Source: Antedon mediterranea
Taxonomy: Eukaryota; Animalia; Echinodermata
Reading direction: 5' to 3'
DNA: 64,000 nucleotides
Assembly: GCF_964355755.1 (NCBI RefSeq)
Contig: NC_092673.1
Location: 15,410,948-15,474,947 of the forward strand
The notes under the pieces were generated by a model. The model was not told the DNA's origin and made no database searches. It was given only the letters and a program-made list of their open reading frames with translations. The position numbers were made by a program, and so were the translations under genes. Positions 44,601-57,881 of the stretch are shown piece after piece. Numbering within the stretch: position 1 is the stretch's first letter; each line of letters opens with the position of its first letter.

Positions 44601-45300
44601 TGACACATAGTAGGTAGTAGGGCTAGAATATCTACCTTGAAAATGTAGTACGTACACTTTGATACCGTTGTACGCACTTGGTAACAGCACAGTCGAGGGT
44701 GGCTGCCACCTGGCTCCAAGCGTTATTTTTTGTTCTTAAATCTTTGAACTGCTTTAAACTTTTGTTGTTAAGATGGAAGACAACAATGATTTCTTATTTC
44801 TGCCAAGAGCAGTTTATCAAAATCGGTCATGTTTTGGGTTGCCAGTTTTATCGCTTGGTATTTTATAAATATTTATATTACCTCACGACCAAAATAGATA
44901 CATTGAAATCGATGTTTGATTGGCCAGTTGCCCTGATTCATCGCGACAAATCGGGAAGGTTGAACTTGGTTCAACATTCGATTGCGCCTCAGCGACATCT
45001 GTGCGATGTAGCGATTTTAATTGAAACGGTGTAACAATTTTATGGAAACCAGGCTTAATCTAAACCATCTTGTATCAGCCTGTCGGCCAAAAAGGTGATG
45101 ACAGGGACGGATACAGCGATTCGGCACACATGAACTGGATACATGTATGTGCATTGTACCATGCCGCTGTGTTTGCATGTATAGTTTGCGTAACTTTTCT
45201 TTGACACCAATGAGCTTATAAATCATTTGCTAATCTGGCACACAACTGTAATCTGATAAATGTTTTTTGCGTATTAAGACTAAACACTTGGTTGGCATTG
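38640..45300 (-). pseudogene. MULE-related transposase N-terminal region, amplified in tandem
   Basis: VPCGIKENV..VDN..FYDDCGTW, FRKRVTW, LVEYLGKFP, EYIRT, PRGMKQIRNIKY, ADELQAIL; same motif set as the relic at 22.7-25.4 kb. Confidence 0.7.
38985..44222. repeat. 2615-bp higher-order tandem duplication (two diverged ~1.2/1.4-kb monomers per unit)
   Basis: Identical ORFs offset by exactly 2615 bp (39104/41719, 40318/42933, 41257/43872). Confidence 0.95.
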
Positions 45301-46189
45301 TGTTGTGTTCAAAATCATATGTTTTACTTATTTTTTAAGAATGTGAATGATGAAAAGGTTCAAATCTGCACTTGGATGAGAAATACAAATACAAAACTTA
45401 CCAAATCCAAAAGAGAGAATCCGTGGTGATAATAGAAGAAATTGTCATCGTCTAATTAAATATATATATATAATATAAACATCACAGGCACAGAATAAAT
45501 TCTAAACTGCCCGTTGATATACAGAAATTTATATTTATTCACTACAAGCTTGTTTGGTATGGCCAGCAAAGCTGGTTACACTCTTGGTGAATTACAAAAC
45601 ATGAGTGAATCAATTTGTCCACAAGACTACAGTTAATGAATGACCAGGAAGTTATGTTGTTTATGTTTTTCAAAGGTCTATTGTTTACTGATGTGCTGCC
45701 TATTGTTAATTAAATATTTCTTTTTGTGCCTGCAAGCAAGTTGATACTAGCTAATTTTTGCTGTTAAGTGAGCATAGCTGAGGATGGCAAATATAATATA
45801 ATTTTTAATACATATATAAATTGCAACGTTTGCCATTAATAAGGCATACATTTTCTTATAATTTTCCAATTAATGGAATGTCCTTGAGGTTCCAAATGTA
45901 CTTGCTTAATTTGGTGCTTTTTATTTTACTATAATTATAGAATGAACTTGTATGATTCCTATATTTGAATTGGCTTTTGGTTAGACCTATATATTTTCTT
46001 CTTGGCTAATGCCCTTTACCTGGAAAGTATCTCACTAAAATCATGGTGTACCAAGATATCGTAATTAGAAATGACAATAGTGGTTTTAAAGTACTTGTAA
46101 TGGTCTTTTATTTATTATTTTATACAGTACGAGACACCTCACATTTTTTTCATACTCAATCCTTGCCATATTATGCTTCACAAAAAATG

Positions 46190-49100
46190 AAAATATATAC
46201 GATGTATAGCATGATACAGGTATATCAAATTGTCCTCCATGATCCTATATGTTAAAGGCATGTTCCTTAATTTTTTGTTACACCCAGATTAAACACTAAA
46301 ATGTCTTGTCTTGTAATATCATGTCAGATACGATGTATAGCATAATATATCAATTGTCCTCCATGATCCTATATGTTCAAGGTATTTTCCTTAATTTTTT
46401 CTTCTGCAGCCGTTTTCGTAGGTTTGCAAAATTGTATCACCTATCTGCAAGAACTGATTATGTGTTAGAGGAACAAATAAAGTTAGAAAATATAGATTTA
46501 ATACTGTACCATAAAGTCAAACCGGTCGTCTTAAAGAGGCACCTGTAAATGCCTTTTCCCATTAGAATCAATAACTATAGCATGATCATCAATGTTTACA
46601 CTCATGTCAAAGAAAATTATGTAAACTGCTTGTAATAATATCATGACAGATATGTGTAAAGCATGGTATATTGGTTGACCACCAAAATCCCATATGTTGT
46701 TAAATGGGTTTTCCTTAATTTTTTCTTCTGCAACCGATTTCTTAAAGTGGCAAAATGCTATCACCTATCTGCAAGAACTGATTGTGTGTTAGAGGAACAT
46801 AAAGTTAGAAAACAAAGATTTAATACTGTACCATTAAAGTCAGACAGATCGTCTTAAAGAGGCACCTGTAAATGCCCTTTCCCATTGGAATCAATTACTA
46901 TAGCATGATCATCAATGTCTACACTCATATCAAAGACAACAATACTGCTTGTAATATCATGACAGATACGATTTATAGCATGGTATATCATTTGTTTTCC
47001 ATAATCCCTCATAAAGAGGCGCCTCTTTCCCCATTAGAATCAATTACAATAGCATGTTCATCAAGGTTTATATTCAGATTAAAGACAACAATGTAAACTG
47101 CTTGTAATAATATTATGACAGATATGATCATGGTATATTGGTTGACCACCAAAATCCCATATGTTGTTAAATGGGTTTTCCTTAATTTTTTCTTCTGCAA
47201 CCGATTTCTTAAAGTGGCAAAATGCTATCACCTATCTGCAAGAACTGATTGTGTGTTAGAGGAACATAAAGTTAGAAAACAAAGATTTAATACTGTACCA
47301 TTAAAGTCAGACAGATCGTCTTAAAGAGGCACCTGTAAATGCCCTTTCCCATTGGAATCAATTACTATAGCATGATCATCAATGTCTACACTCATATCAA
47401 AGACAACAATACTGCTTGTAATATCATGACAGATACGATTTATAGCATGGTATATCATTTGTTTTCCATAATCCCTCATAAAGAGGCGCCTCTTTTCCCA
47501 TTAGAATCAATTACAATAGCATGTTCATCAAGGTTTATATTCAGATTAAAGACAACAATGTAAACTGCTTGTAATAATATTATGACAGATATGATCATGG
47601 TATATTGGTTGACCACCAAAATCCCATATGTTGTTAAATGGGTTTTCCTTAATTTTTTCTTCTGCAACCGATTTCTTAAAATGGCAAAATGCTATCACCT
47701 ATCTGCAAGAACTGATTGTGTGTTAGAGGAACATAAAGTTAGAAAATATAGATTTAATGCTGTACCATTAAATCAGACAGGTCGTCTTGAAGAAGCACAT
47801 TGTATGTGGCTTTTCCCATTGGAATCAATAACTATAGCATGATCATCAAAGTTTACACTCATCAAAGAAAATTATGTAAACTGCTTGTAATATCATGACA
47901 GCTGTGTATAGCATGGTATATTGGTTGTCCACCAAAATCCCATATGTTGTTAAATCGGTTTTCCTTAATTTTTTCTTCTGCAGCCGATTTCTTAAAGTGG
48001 CAAAATGCTATCACCTATCTGCAAGAACTGATTATGTGTTAGAGGAACATAAAGTTAGAAAATATAGATTTAATGCTGTACCATTAAATCAGACAGGTCG
48101 TCTTGAAGAAGCACATTGTATGTGGTTTTTCCCATTGGAATCAATAACTATAGCATGATCATCAAAGTTTACACTCATCAAAGAAAATTATGTAAACTGC
48201 TTGTAATATCATGACAGATATGTGTATAGCATGGTATATTGGTTGTCCTCCAAAATCCCATATGTTATTTATATGGGTTTTCCTTAATTTTTTCTTCTGC
48301 AGCCGATTTCTTAAAGTGGCAAAATGCTATCACCTATCTGCAAGAACTGATTATGTATTAGAGGAACATAAAGTTAGAAAACAAAGATTTAATACTGTAC
48401 CATTAAAGTCAGAGAGATCGTCTTAAAGAGGCACCTGTAAATGCCTTTTCCCATTGGAATCAATTACTATAGCATGATCATCAATGTCTACACTCATATC
48501 AAAGACAACAATACTGCTTGTAATATCATGACAGATACGATTTATAGCATGGTATATCATTTGTCCTCCATAATCCCTCATAAAGAGGCACCTGTATATG
48601 CCTCTTTCCCCATTAGAATCAATTACAATAGCATGTTCATCAAGGTTTATATTCAGATTAAAGACAACAATGTAAACTGCTTGTAATAATATTATGACAG
48701 ATATGATCATGGTATATTGGTTGACCACCAAAATCCCATATGTTGTTAAATGGGTTTTCGTTATTTTTTATCTTCTGCAGCCGATTTCTTAAAGTGGCAA
48801 AATGCTATCACCTATCTGCAAGAACTGATTATGTGTTAGAGGAACATAAAGTTAGAAAATATAGATTTAATGCTGTACCATTAAATCAGACAGGTCGTCT
48901 TGAAGAAGCACATTGTATGTGGCTTTTCCCATTGGAATCAATAACTATAGCATGATCATCAAAGTTTACACTCATCAAAGAAAATTATGTAAACTGCTTG
49001 TAATATCATGACAGATATGTGTATAGCATGGTATATTGGTTGTCCACCAAAATCCCATATGTTGTTAAATCGGTTTTCCTTAATTTTTTCTTCTGCAGCC

Positions 49101-50770
49101 GATTTCTTAAAGTGGCAAAATGCTATCACCTATCTGGTATGTGTTAGAGGAACATAAAGTTAGAAAATATAGATTTAATGCTGTACCATTAAATCAGACA
49201 GGTCGTCTTGAAGAAGCACATTGTATGTGGCTTTTCCCATTGGAATCAATAACTATAGCATGATCATCAAAGTTTACACTCATCAAAGAAAATTATGTAA
49301 ACTGCTTGTAATATCATGACAGATATGTGTATAGCATGGTATATTGGTTGTCCACCAAAATCCCATATGTTGTTAAATGGGTTTTCCTTAATTTTTTCTT
49401 CTGCAGCCGATTTCTTAAAGTGGCAAAATGCTATCACCTATCTGCAAGAACTGATTATGTGTTAGAGGAACATAAAGTTAGAAAATATAGATTTAATGCT
49501 GTACCATTAAATCAGACAGGTCGTCTTGAAGAATCACATTGTATGTGGCTTTTCCCATTGGAATCAATAACTATAGCATGATCATCAAAGTTTACACTCA
49601 TCAAAGAAAATTATGTAAACTGCTTGTAATATCATGACAGATATGTGTATAGCATGGTATATTGGTTGTCCACCAAAATCCCATATGTTGTTAAATCGGT
49701 TTTCCTTAATTTTTTCTTCTGCAGCCGATTTCTTAAAGTGGCAAAATGCTATCACCTATCTGCAAGAACTGATTATGTATTAGAGGAACATAAAGTTAGA
49801 AAACAAAGATTTAATACTGTACCATAAAGTCAGACAGATCGTCTTAAAGAGGCACCTGTATATGCCTTTTCCCATTATAATCAATTACAATGGCATGATC
49901 ATCAATGTTTACATTCATATCAAAGACAACAATGTAAGCTTCTTGTAATATCATGACAGATATAATGTATAGCATGGAATATTGGTTGTCCACCAAAATC
50001 CCATATGTTGTTAAGGTTTTCCTTAATTTTTTTATCTGCAGCCGATTTCTTAAAGTCGCAAAATGCTATCACCTATCTGCAAGAACTGATTATGTGTTAG
50101 AGGAACATAAAGTTAGAAAATATAGATTTAATGCTGTACCATTAAATCAGACAGGTCGTCTTGAAGAAGCACATTGTATGTGGCTTTTCCCATTGGAATC
50201 AATAACTATAGCATGATCATCAAAGTTTACACTCATCAAAGAAAATTATGTAAACTGCTTGTAATATCATGACAGCTGTGTATAGCATGGTATATTGGTT
50301 GTCCACCAAAATCCCATATGTTGTTAAGGTTTTCCTTAATTTTTTTATCTGCAGCCGATTTCTTAAAGTTGCAAAATGCTATCACCTATCTGGTATGTGT
50401 TAGAGGAACATAAAGTTAGAAAATATAGATTTAATACTGTACCATTAAATCAGACAGGTCGTCTTGAAGAATCACCTGTATATGCCTTTTCCCATTGGAA
50501 TCAATTATAATTGCATGATCATCAATGTTTAAACCCAGATTAAACACTAAAATGTAAACTTCTTGTAATATCATGACAAATACGAAGCATATCAATTGTC
50601 CTCCATGTTCCCATTGTTAAAGGTGTTTTCCTTTTTCTTCTGCAACTGATTTTTTAGGGTCGCAAAATTGTATCACCTACAATATCTGCAAGAACTTACT
50701 ACTGATGGTAAAGGAATATACAGTTCGAAAATAGATTTAATACTGTACCATAAAAATAAGTCCTGTCGTC
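46190..50770 (-). repeat. Tandem array (~316-bp and ~151-bp units) derived from a Roc GTPase-domain segment
   Basis: About 11 canonical, 3 short and 3 degenerate copies of NIWDFGGQPIY..QAVYIVVFDMS..DDHAIVIDSNG, all frameshifted. Confidence 0.85.
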
Positions 50771-51269
50771 TAGATACGTAACTAGATGTTTTTAATCTTA
50801 ATTTTTGTTCTATTTCATTTTTGCATATAGTAATAGTGCATTCATTGGCACTTTCAACCCTGGACATAAGAAACTGTACTATCTTTTCATAGCAGTGTTT
50901 CTATAATTTCCAGTGAAAATAAAATTCTCAATAATGGTTAAGACAAATTTTTTATTTTGAATGCCTCCTAATTGGTCCCCTAATTCTTTGGAACTTAAAG
51001 TACAATTAATGCTGTTTTTCACATAAGAAAACACTCCTTTCCATGTCTGTTGCTTACTTATTAAAGTAGATCCTAAATCCAATTTTAAATCCATTTCAAA
51101 CTTTATGTGTTTTACAGTTAATTTATTCAGAAAAACTCAGCAGTTCACCACAGTATTTATATATTTACTGTATAACACACACAAGTGTATTTCATATCGT
51201 GTGAAATATACTTTAGAGATTTGCACAGAAGATTATATTTTTGTGTAAGGCATTTGAATGAACACACAC

Positions 51270-52410
51270 TTGTCTGTGAGTATAAATCACAAATCAGAGA
51301 AATTTATTTGATAACTATAAAACAAACGGATTTATTGGATGAACATCGAAGATAGTTGTATACACTTTATCTCACATGCTTGTGAGTTTAAATCACAAAA
51401 AAGAATTTTATTGGACCATTGAAGATTGCTGTATACTTTTTTTCACTTGCCTGTGAGTTTAAATCACAACAAAGCCATTGATTGGACAATTGAAGATTGC
51501 TGTATACTTTATCTCGCATGCTTGTGAGTTTAAATCACAAGTAAGAATTTGATTGGACCATTGAAGATTGCTGTATACTTTTTTTCACTTGCCTGTGAGT
51601 TTAAATCACAACAAAGCCATTGATTGGACAATTGAAGATTTCTGTATACTTTATCTCACATGCTTGTGAGTTTAAATCACAACAAAGAATTTTATTGGAC
51701 CATTGAAGATTGCTGTATACTTTATCTCACTTGCTTGTGAGCTTAAATCACAACAAAGAATTTGATTGGACCATTGAAGATTGCTGTATACTTTATCTCA
51801 CTTGCTTGTGAGTTTAAATCACAACAAAGAATTTGATTGGACCATTGAAGATTGTTGTGTACTTTATCTCACTTGCTTGTGAGTTTAAATCACAACAAAG
51901 ACATTGATTGGACCATTGAAGATTGATGTATACTTTATCTCACTTACTTGTGAGTTTAAATCACAGCAAAGAATTTGATTGGACCACTTGCTTGTGAGTT
52001 TAAATCTCAACAAAGACATTGATTGGACCATTGATTGAAGATTGCTGTATACTTTATCTCACTTACCTGTGAGTTCAAATCACATCAAAGAATTTGATTG
52101 GACCATTGAAGATTGCTGTATACTTTATCTCACTTACCTGTGAGTTTAAATCACATCAAAGAATTTGATTGGACCATTGAAGATTGCTGTATACTTTATC
52201 TCACTTACCTGTGAGTTTAAATCACAACAGACATTGATTGGACCATTGAAGATTGCTGTATACTTTATCTCACTTACCTGTGAGTTTAAATCACATCAAA
52301 GAATTTGATTGGACCATTGAAGATTGCTGTATACTTTATCTCACTTACCTGTGAGTTTAAATCACAACAGACATTGATTGGACCATTGAAAATTGTATAC
52401 TTTATCTCAA
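51270..52410. repeat. 71-bp satellite, ~16 units
   Basis: GAAGATTGCTGTATACTTTATCTCACTTGCTTGTGAGTTTAAATCACAACAAAGAATTTGATTGGACCATT. Confidence 0.95.
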
Positions 52411-53679
52411 TTGCCTTTGAGTTTGAGTTGCAACAGAGAAACTGGTAGAAAACCACTCCAAATTGTTGAAGAAACTGTTATCTCACTTGCTTGTGCTTTA
52501 GCTACAATTTTGAAATGCCTAATTTCACAAAGAATTGATTCTATCAATCCGTTGAAGATACTGTACCTGTGTATCTTAGCTGAATAATTGAGGTCTGGTA
52601 TAAAGCAGTTGATTTCATAATGAATCATTTTGTGATCAAAGGATTTTCTATGTACAGTACTACATAACATAAACTGTTTTACCGCTGAAGAAATATTTGT
52701 TTACATCTTGAGAAGATTGACTATTTTATTATGCGTTAAAAAACCTGAAGCTGCATATTGAAATTGTGAATAACCTGTTCAATAATAATAACCTCGAAAA
52801 AGATACTTTTGGAACATACTGATATTTTGTAAACCTTCTAGTGCAAATCTCCAAACAAAACGATTGCAATTTTTTATACAGACGCGAAATATTATTGTGG
52901 AACTTCTGAGTTTAATAATTCATTTATTAACATCATTATGTTAAAACAATTTACATTTTAATGTAATTTATCAAACAAACAAAGTTTGAAATCTATTGTG
53001 TATTTTCTTGCTGAAATTTTGCAATTCTACCAACAGTCCTTGTACAGTACTTTGGATCTGAAATAACATAATGAATTGAATTATTTTTTAAACCAATTCC
53101 AGTTCCGCCAGAGTGAAAAAAAATGATCGATGGTGTTGAATACCTTTTTATATGAACACTAATTTGATTTACCAGTGCATTATTTGTTTACATGTTTAGC
53201 CTAAAAACAAAATTGGCCATTAAAATGTTAATCATACATGTATTTATAAATTTAAATTTTAAATATTTGTAACACTAATATGATTAATTTGTCAGATGTT
53301 TTGCCATACTCTGACGTAATTTGTACTTCATACTAAGTACATTGAGAATTTTTTAGCATATTTTTTTCGGCAAAACATCTGACCAATTACTCAACACCCT
53401 GAAGCAAAGCTACTACTCCACAGAATAGTTACAAACAATTACAATACTAATGATTGTTAGAAGATGGCCTAGTATAGTGACATTTTGATGAAGGCATTAT
53501 ATTGGTTAGTATTCAACTATACCATTTATAAAACCACATAACATTGATAGAACAATATATATTTTTTTTCAAGCATTTACAGCAGTTCAATTGAACTTAT
53601 TGATGGGTATGCCTAAATTTTACATTGGACTGGCAACATACTTGTAAAATTGTCTAGCGAAAAATCCACTGTCTTCAAT

Positions 53680-53845
53680 CATCTAGTTTTTCCAGTGCAT
53701 TTTTGTAATCCTTTTCACAATTATAATGTCCACTGTGTTGTTCACTCTGGTCTTTTCCTAATATTGGTGCTAATTCTTGTGGTATTCAATTCTTTTTGGT
53801 TTTCCATAAATTTGAAGAGAAGTTCCAGTATATGTGGTTGATCAC
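53680..53845. repeat. ~170-bp dispersed duplication (second copy ~55150-55320)
   Basis: CTAGTTTTTCCAGTGCATTTTTGTAATC...TATGTGGTTGATCACT shared. Confidence 0.85.
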
Positions 53846-56379
53846 TCAGGTGTAATAAGGAACTTTGGTTCTTAAACAGAGTTATTTTTATTAATCAATT
53901 TGATTGCACACCTTAGATTAGAAATAATGTGTACCACAAAATAAGTTTGCCTTTTTCATTGTTTTAAAGAAACGAAAAACATGTATTACTTTGCTAAGAA
54001 GTGATGGCTGTACTTAACAGTAGATTTCCCGCCGAATCGAACTAATGTAAGGTTGGCTCATCCCACGATAAGTTCCTTCCACATGGTCAACAAGTCTGGT
54101 TTACAATCAACAAAGTGCCTATGCAAGAGGTTGTTGTTGCCCTTGCACCCTTTTTGCCAAAAACTAATTGGCATAACTGCTTCGTATTCAATGTGAATTG
54201 GATTGGTGTTTTCTACATCTATTAAGCATCTCAATTTCTTGTACTGGTATTTTGTCTGCTACTGGACCAGCATTACAGGTACAGTAGCGGTTAAACCATA
54301 GCTATACAGTACAATCGGCACACCTGTGGGCAATTTAGCCCAGTAGGCTGCAAGTCACAGGTTATTTCATTTTACATTTACAGTTCATCATCAATCGGAT
54401 AAAGGGCCTCTAACATTTTGCTTGTTGATTTGCCTCTTCTCCAAATGGCGAAAATGTTGTCTTTGTAAGACATCTGATACGTTTACTTTCTTTACTAGTA
54501 GCATTCCCAAGACACATTCAGCAGCTGTCATTTCCAATACAATCCTGCCAACCGTCTCATATCAGTCTGACCTCTGAATGCTTATTAAGTTTTCTTTCTT
54601 CTGCCTATTCCTATCAGGTATTTATCATCATGGAGCTATAATAGCTCCATGACAACCCACACACTATACAAGTTCCCCAGTAAAATCATAGCAATTTAGT
54701 TTTCTTCTTTTATTTTCTTTTTGTTTGTCTGTTAATATTTAGTATTTACTTTAAGCATTGTTCATTTCAACCATTTTGGACTTTTTCCAGGCATCTTATG
54801 ACATTTTAAAGAATAAAATCGATTTTAAAGGCTGGACCAGTTTTGGCCTAAACGGACCTGTTTTGTTTCAACTCCAAAAAAACAGCTTTAGCCGTTGATT
54901 ACAGCAAAACTCGATCCGGCTGGGTTTTCTGAATATTTATAATAAATAAAGATCTCTGCCTTAGATACAGTATCTACCTTATTTACGATGTACTGCAAAA
55001 TGAATTTAATAATAACATTAGTGTTCACCATTATGATATTTTTCCATATTTCTCTCTTAGAAAGATATTATAAAGGATTTTACAATAAAATTTCTTATTT
55101 CATCAGTAGATTGACTTCATCTGCATTCACAAATGTCTTACCAAGTTCTTCTAGTTTTTCCAGTGCATTTTTGTAATCTTGTTCATCAATTACAATGTCC
55201 ACCGTGTTGTTCACTCTGGTCTTTTCCTAATATTGGTGCTAATTCTTGTGGTTGTGGTATTCAATTCTTTGTGGTTTTCCATTAATTTGAAGAGGAGTTC
55301 CAGTGTATGTGGTTGATCACTGCCGACTGACTGGCGGAAAGTGGAGTGACATCTTTGAAAAAACTAGCACTCTTGCTTCTTAGATTAGAAGGTCTTACTG
55401 TAGCTGCTTGGTATACAAATAACAAGTTACACAATTTTCACTATGAGATTTGAACTCAAATGGTGTAAGGATATGTCCCTTACAAAATGTTAAATGGCAG
55501 GTTGAGCATAGTGCTTTGGGATGATTATTATTTTTAACATCAAATGATTGTGGTGTGTTTTTCATATTATTTCAAATTATATCTTTCATCCTCAGCTTTA
55601 ATTTTTTCCGCAACAGAAACATATCGACGACAGCGCCTTTTTATGAAAGCAAAACAAAAAAATGTTAATATTAATAATATGAGGTTTTGGCCAAATATGG
55701 TACATGGTACTGTACTTGGTAAACAATCATTTTCTTCGAAATGTATTTAGGCCTACCTAAGGGATCTTGCCCCAAACTGGGGTCCTCTATTACAGATTTT
55801 ACATTTTGTCGTCTTGATCTAGGCAGGTCTCCTGGATTCTTGGCTCCCAATGCACCATCTGCTACTATACTTACTACTGCATGCCCCCATTCCCATCATT
55901 TCATTAAAAAATTATAATGGTATATTGCGGCAGTGTCTTTTGGTAATCAATTCTTTAAATAAATCTCTTTATGTACATTTTAGTTGCATAAAGCCTCGAG
56001 GAGAAGTCCATAGGCTCCTGGGTTGGTTGCAGGTGTGCCAAATTTGATTTCTTTTTGTGAGTAAGTTTTCGAAGAACTTCAAAATCTAAAATGATAATAA
56101 CTTTTACAATAATCCAATTGGAATCAGAAAACACATATCCAATTGACATTCTTTTAAAATCCAATTGCAACCAATTCGATAATGTTTTTGGAATCAATGT
56201 GATCTGATAACAACTATCCATTTGACAGATTTCTTTTCTACCTGAAACCAATCTATAAATGCATTTCCAAAAATAATTGTTTTCATCCTCGTGTATGATT
56301 TTTGAAGGTCTTCCAGGAACAGTTCCATATCAGTTTCGTCAATGTAGCACTGAATGTGTGTTTGTTTATTAACCAAGCT

Positions 56380-56490
56380 AATGGTACCAGCAGGCAGCAT
56401 AATCAGTACAGATTCCCTTCAGAAGATCCATTGGCTTTCCAGCTAGACTGTTGCGAAGAATAGTCACAGCATCTACAGGGGCCCACTGTA
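56380..56490 (-). pseudogene. BEL/Pao gag fragment
   Basis: DAVTILRNSLAGKPMDLLKGICTDYAACW resembles the BEL/Pao gag LRSxLxGxxxxLIKGIxxDYxAAW motif. Confidence 0.45.
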
Positions 56491-56719
56491 GGTCTAGTAC
56501 TAGGCTAGTCTATTAATGCATCAAAATAAAACAGTTTGACGATGCGATCAAGTCAATATCTTCATTAATTTTTTCCCCCAAAACCTTCTCATCGTCGTAC
56601 ATCGTACTCTTATTTGTGATATACCTTGTTGTTTATACTTACCAGAAAATTGCAAATTTCTATCAAGAAATGCAACTGTGGCTATTGGAACATTTTTTGG
56701 AACACTATTTGTCTGTACG

Positions 56720-57881
56720 CTATATAGCGTAAATCTAGGCATTTGAAGAGTAGGCGGTTTAACCATTAATTGTTTAATTTCGTCAAATGCTTTCTGGTGT
56801 TCAGTAGACCAAACAAATTTTCGGCGTTTACTTGCGAGTGTATGTAACGGGCGTAAAATTGATTGTATTTGAGGGAAAAAGTGGGATACATAATTTACTG
56901 CACCAATAAATCGTTTAGTTTCTTTATGGGTTTGTGGTACTGGCAAATTTCGGATTGCTGCACACCTGTCGCCTAATGGTGTGATACATGCGTGTCCTGA
57001 AGAATTAATCAGGATAGTGTGTCCCATATATTGCACTTTATTCTTAAATAACTTACATTTCTTTGGACAAATTCTAAAACCATTTAATTGTAGGGCTTGT
57101 AAAACGGAAACAAGGTGCTGCTTATGAGCAAATTTGTCTTGGCTAAATAAGATAATATCATCATGGTGGGCGATACAGAATTCTCTAGAATTTGGAATTT
57201 CATTTAAAATTTCGTCAATTTTTGCTTGAAATATACCTAGCGAAACGTTTAATTCTTGTGCTAATCTCTTATAATAATAATGCTTTCCACCATGATATGA
57301 AGCTATACCTGTATATTGTTGGGCATGTTCGGCTAATGGTACACAGTGAAATGCTGATTTCAAATCAATTACGCTAAGAATCTGTGCATTAGCGTTACCT
57401 ATTGTTTTCAAAGTTTCGGCTAACAAGTGAATGGGTGATTAATACGTTTTATCCTGGAATTTAGATAGTGAAAGTCTGTGACAACTCTTTTATCTTTCGA
57501 ATTTTTCTTTGAAACAAGAAGGACAGGGGAAGTGTATGATTGGTGTCCTACTGCTAAGATTCCTAGTTTGACTAATTTGTTCAATTCGGCCTCAATAATA
57601 TGTTTGTCTTAGTCTGTCGCGAAGTATGGTCGAATAAAAAATGGTTCATCATTAGAGAGGTGTATGTCAGCTTTGAAGTTTGGGCAGCTAGATAGTTCAC
57701 CATATAGTGAAAATGCATTTCTGTTTTGTTGTAATGTTTTATATAGATCTTCTTTTTCTCTATTTGTTAAAACACTGTCTGTTAAATCAACTTGTTTTGT
57801 GATTATTTCTTCCTCGGTTAAAGATAGCAATGGGTCTGTACGTTCTAAGTGTGGGTACTTGTTTGCAATGTCATTGGTCAA
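56720..57881 (-). pseudogene. Gypsy reverse transcriptase and connection domain, interrupted
   Basis: ORFs 57609-57881 and 56548-57426, separated by a stop and a frameshift. Confidence 0.92.

Larger units (their letters stand above)
46190..52700 (-). pseudogene. Decayed LRR-Roc (ROCO family) gene
   Basis: Roc G3 motif WDFGGQ downstream of LRR-like peptides (IFNGLIES, SLLQLKLKGN) on the same strand. Confidence 0.5.

Noticed and set aside
46663-50216. Plus-strand ORFs MVYWLSTKIPYVVK.. repeated in the array
   Set aside because: Antisense shadows of the Roc-derived units
46190-52410. CRISPR-like repeat-spacer arrays
   Set aside because: Units are head-to-tail with no unique spacers, there are no cas genes, and the context is eukaryotic
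55750-55890. GALGAKNPGDLPRSRRQ peptide on the minus strand
   Set aside because: Probably another MULE scrap but too short to call
56548-56719. C-terminal tail of the 292-aa RT ORF
   Set aside because: Similarity to pol stops at ..MPRFTLYS; the rest is read-through into unrelated sequence
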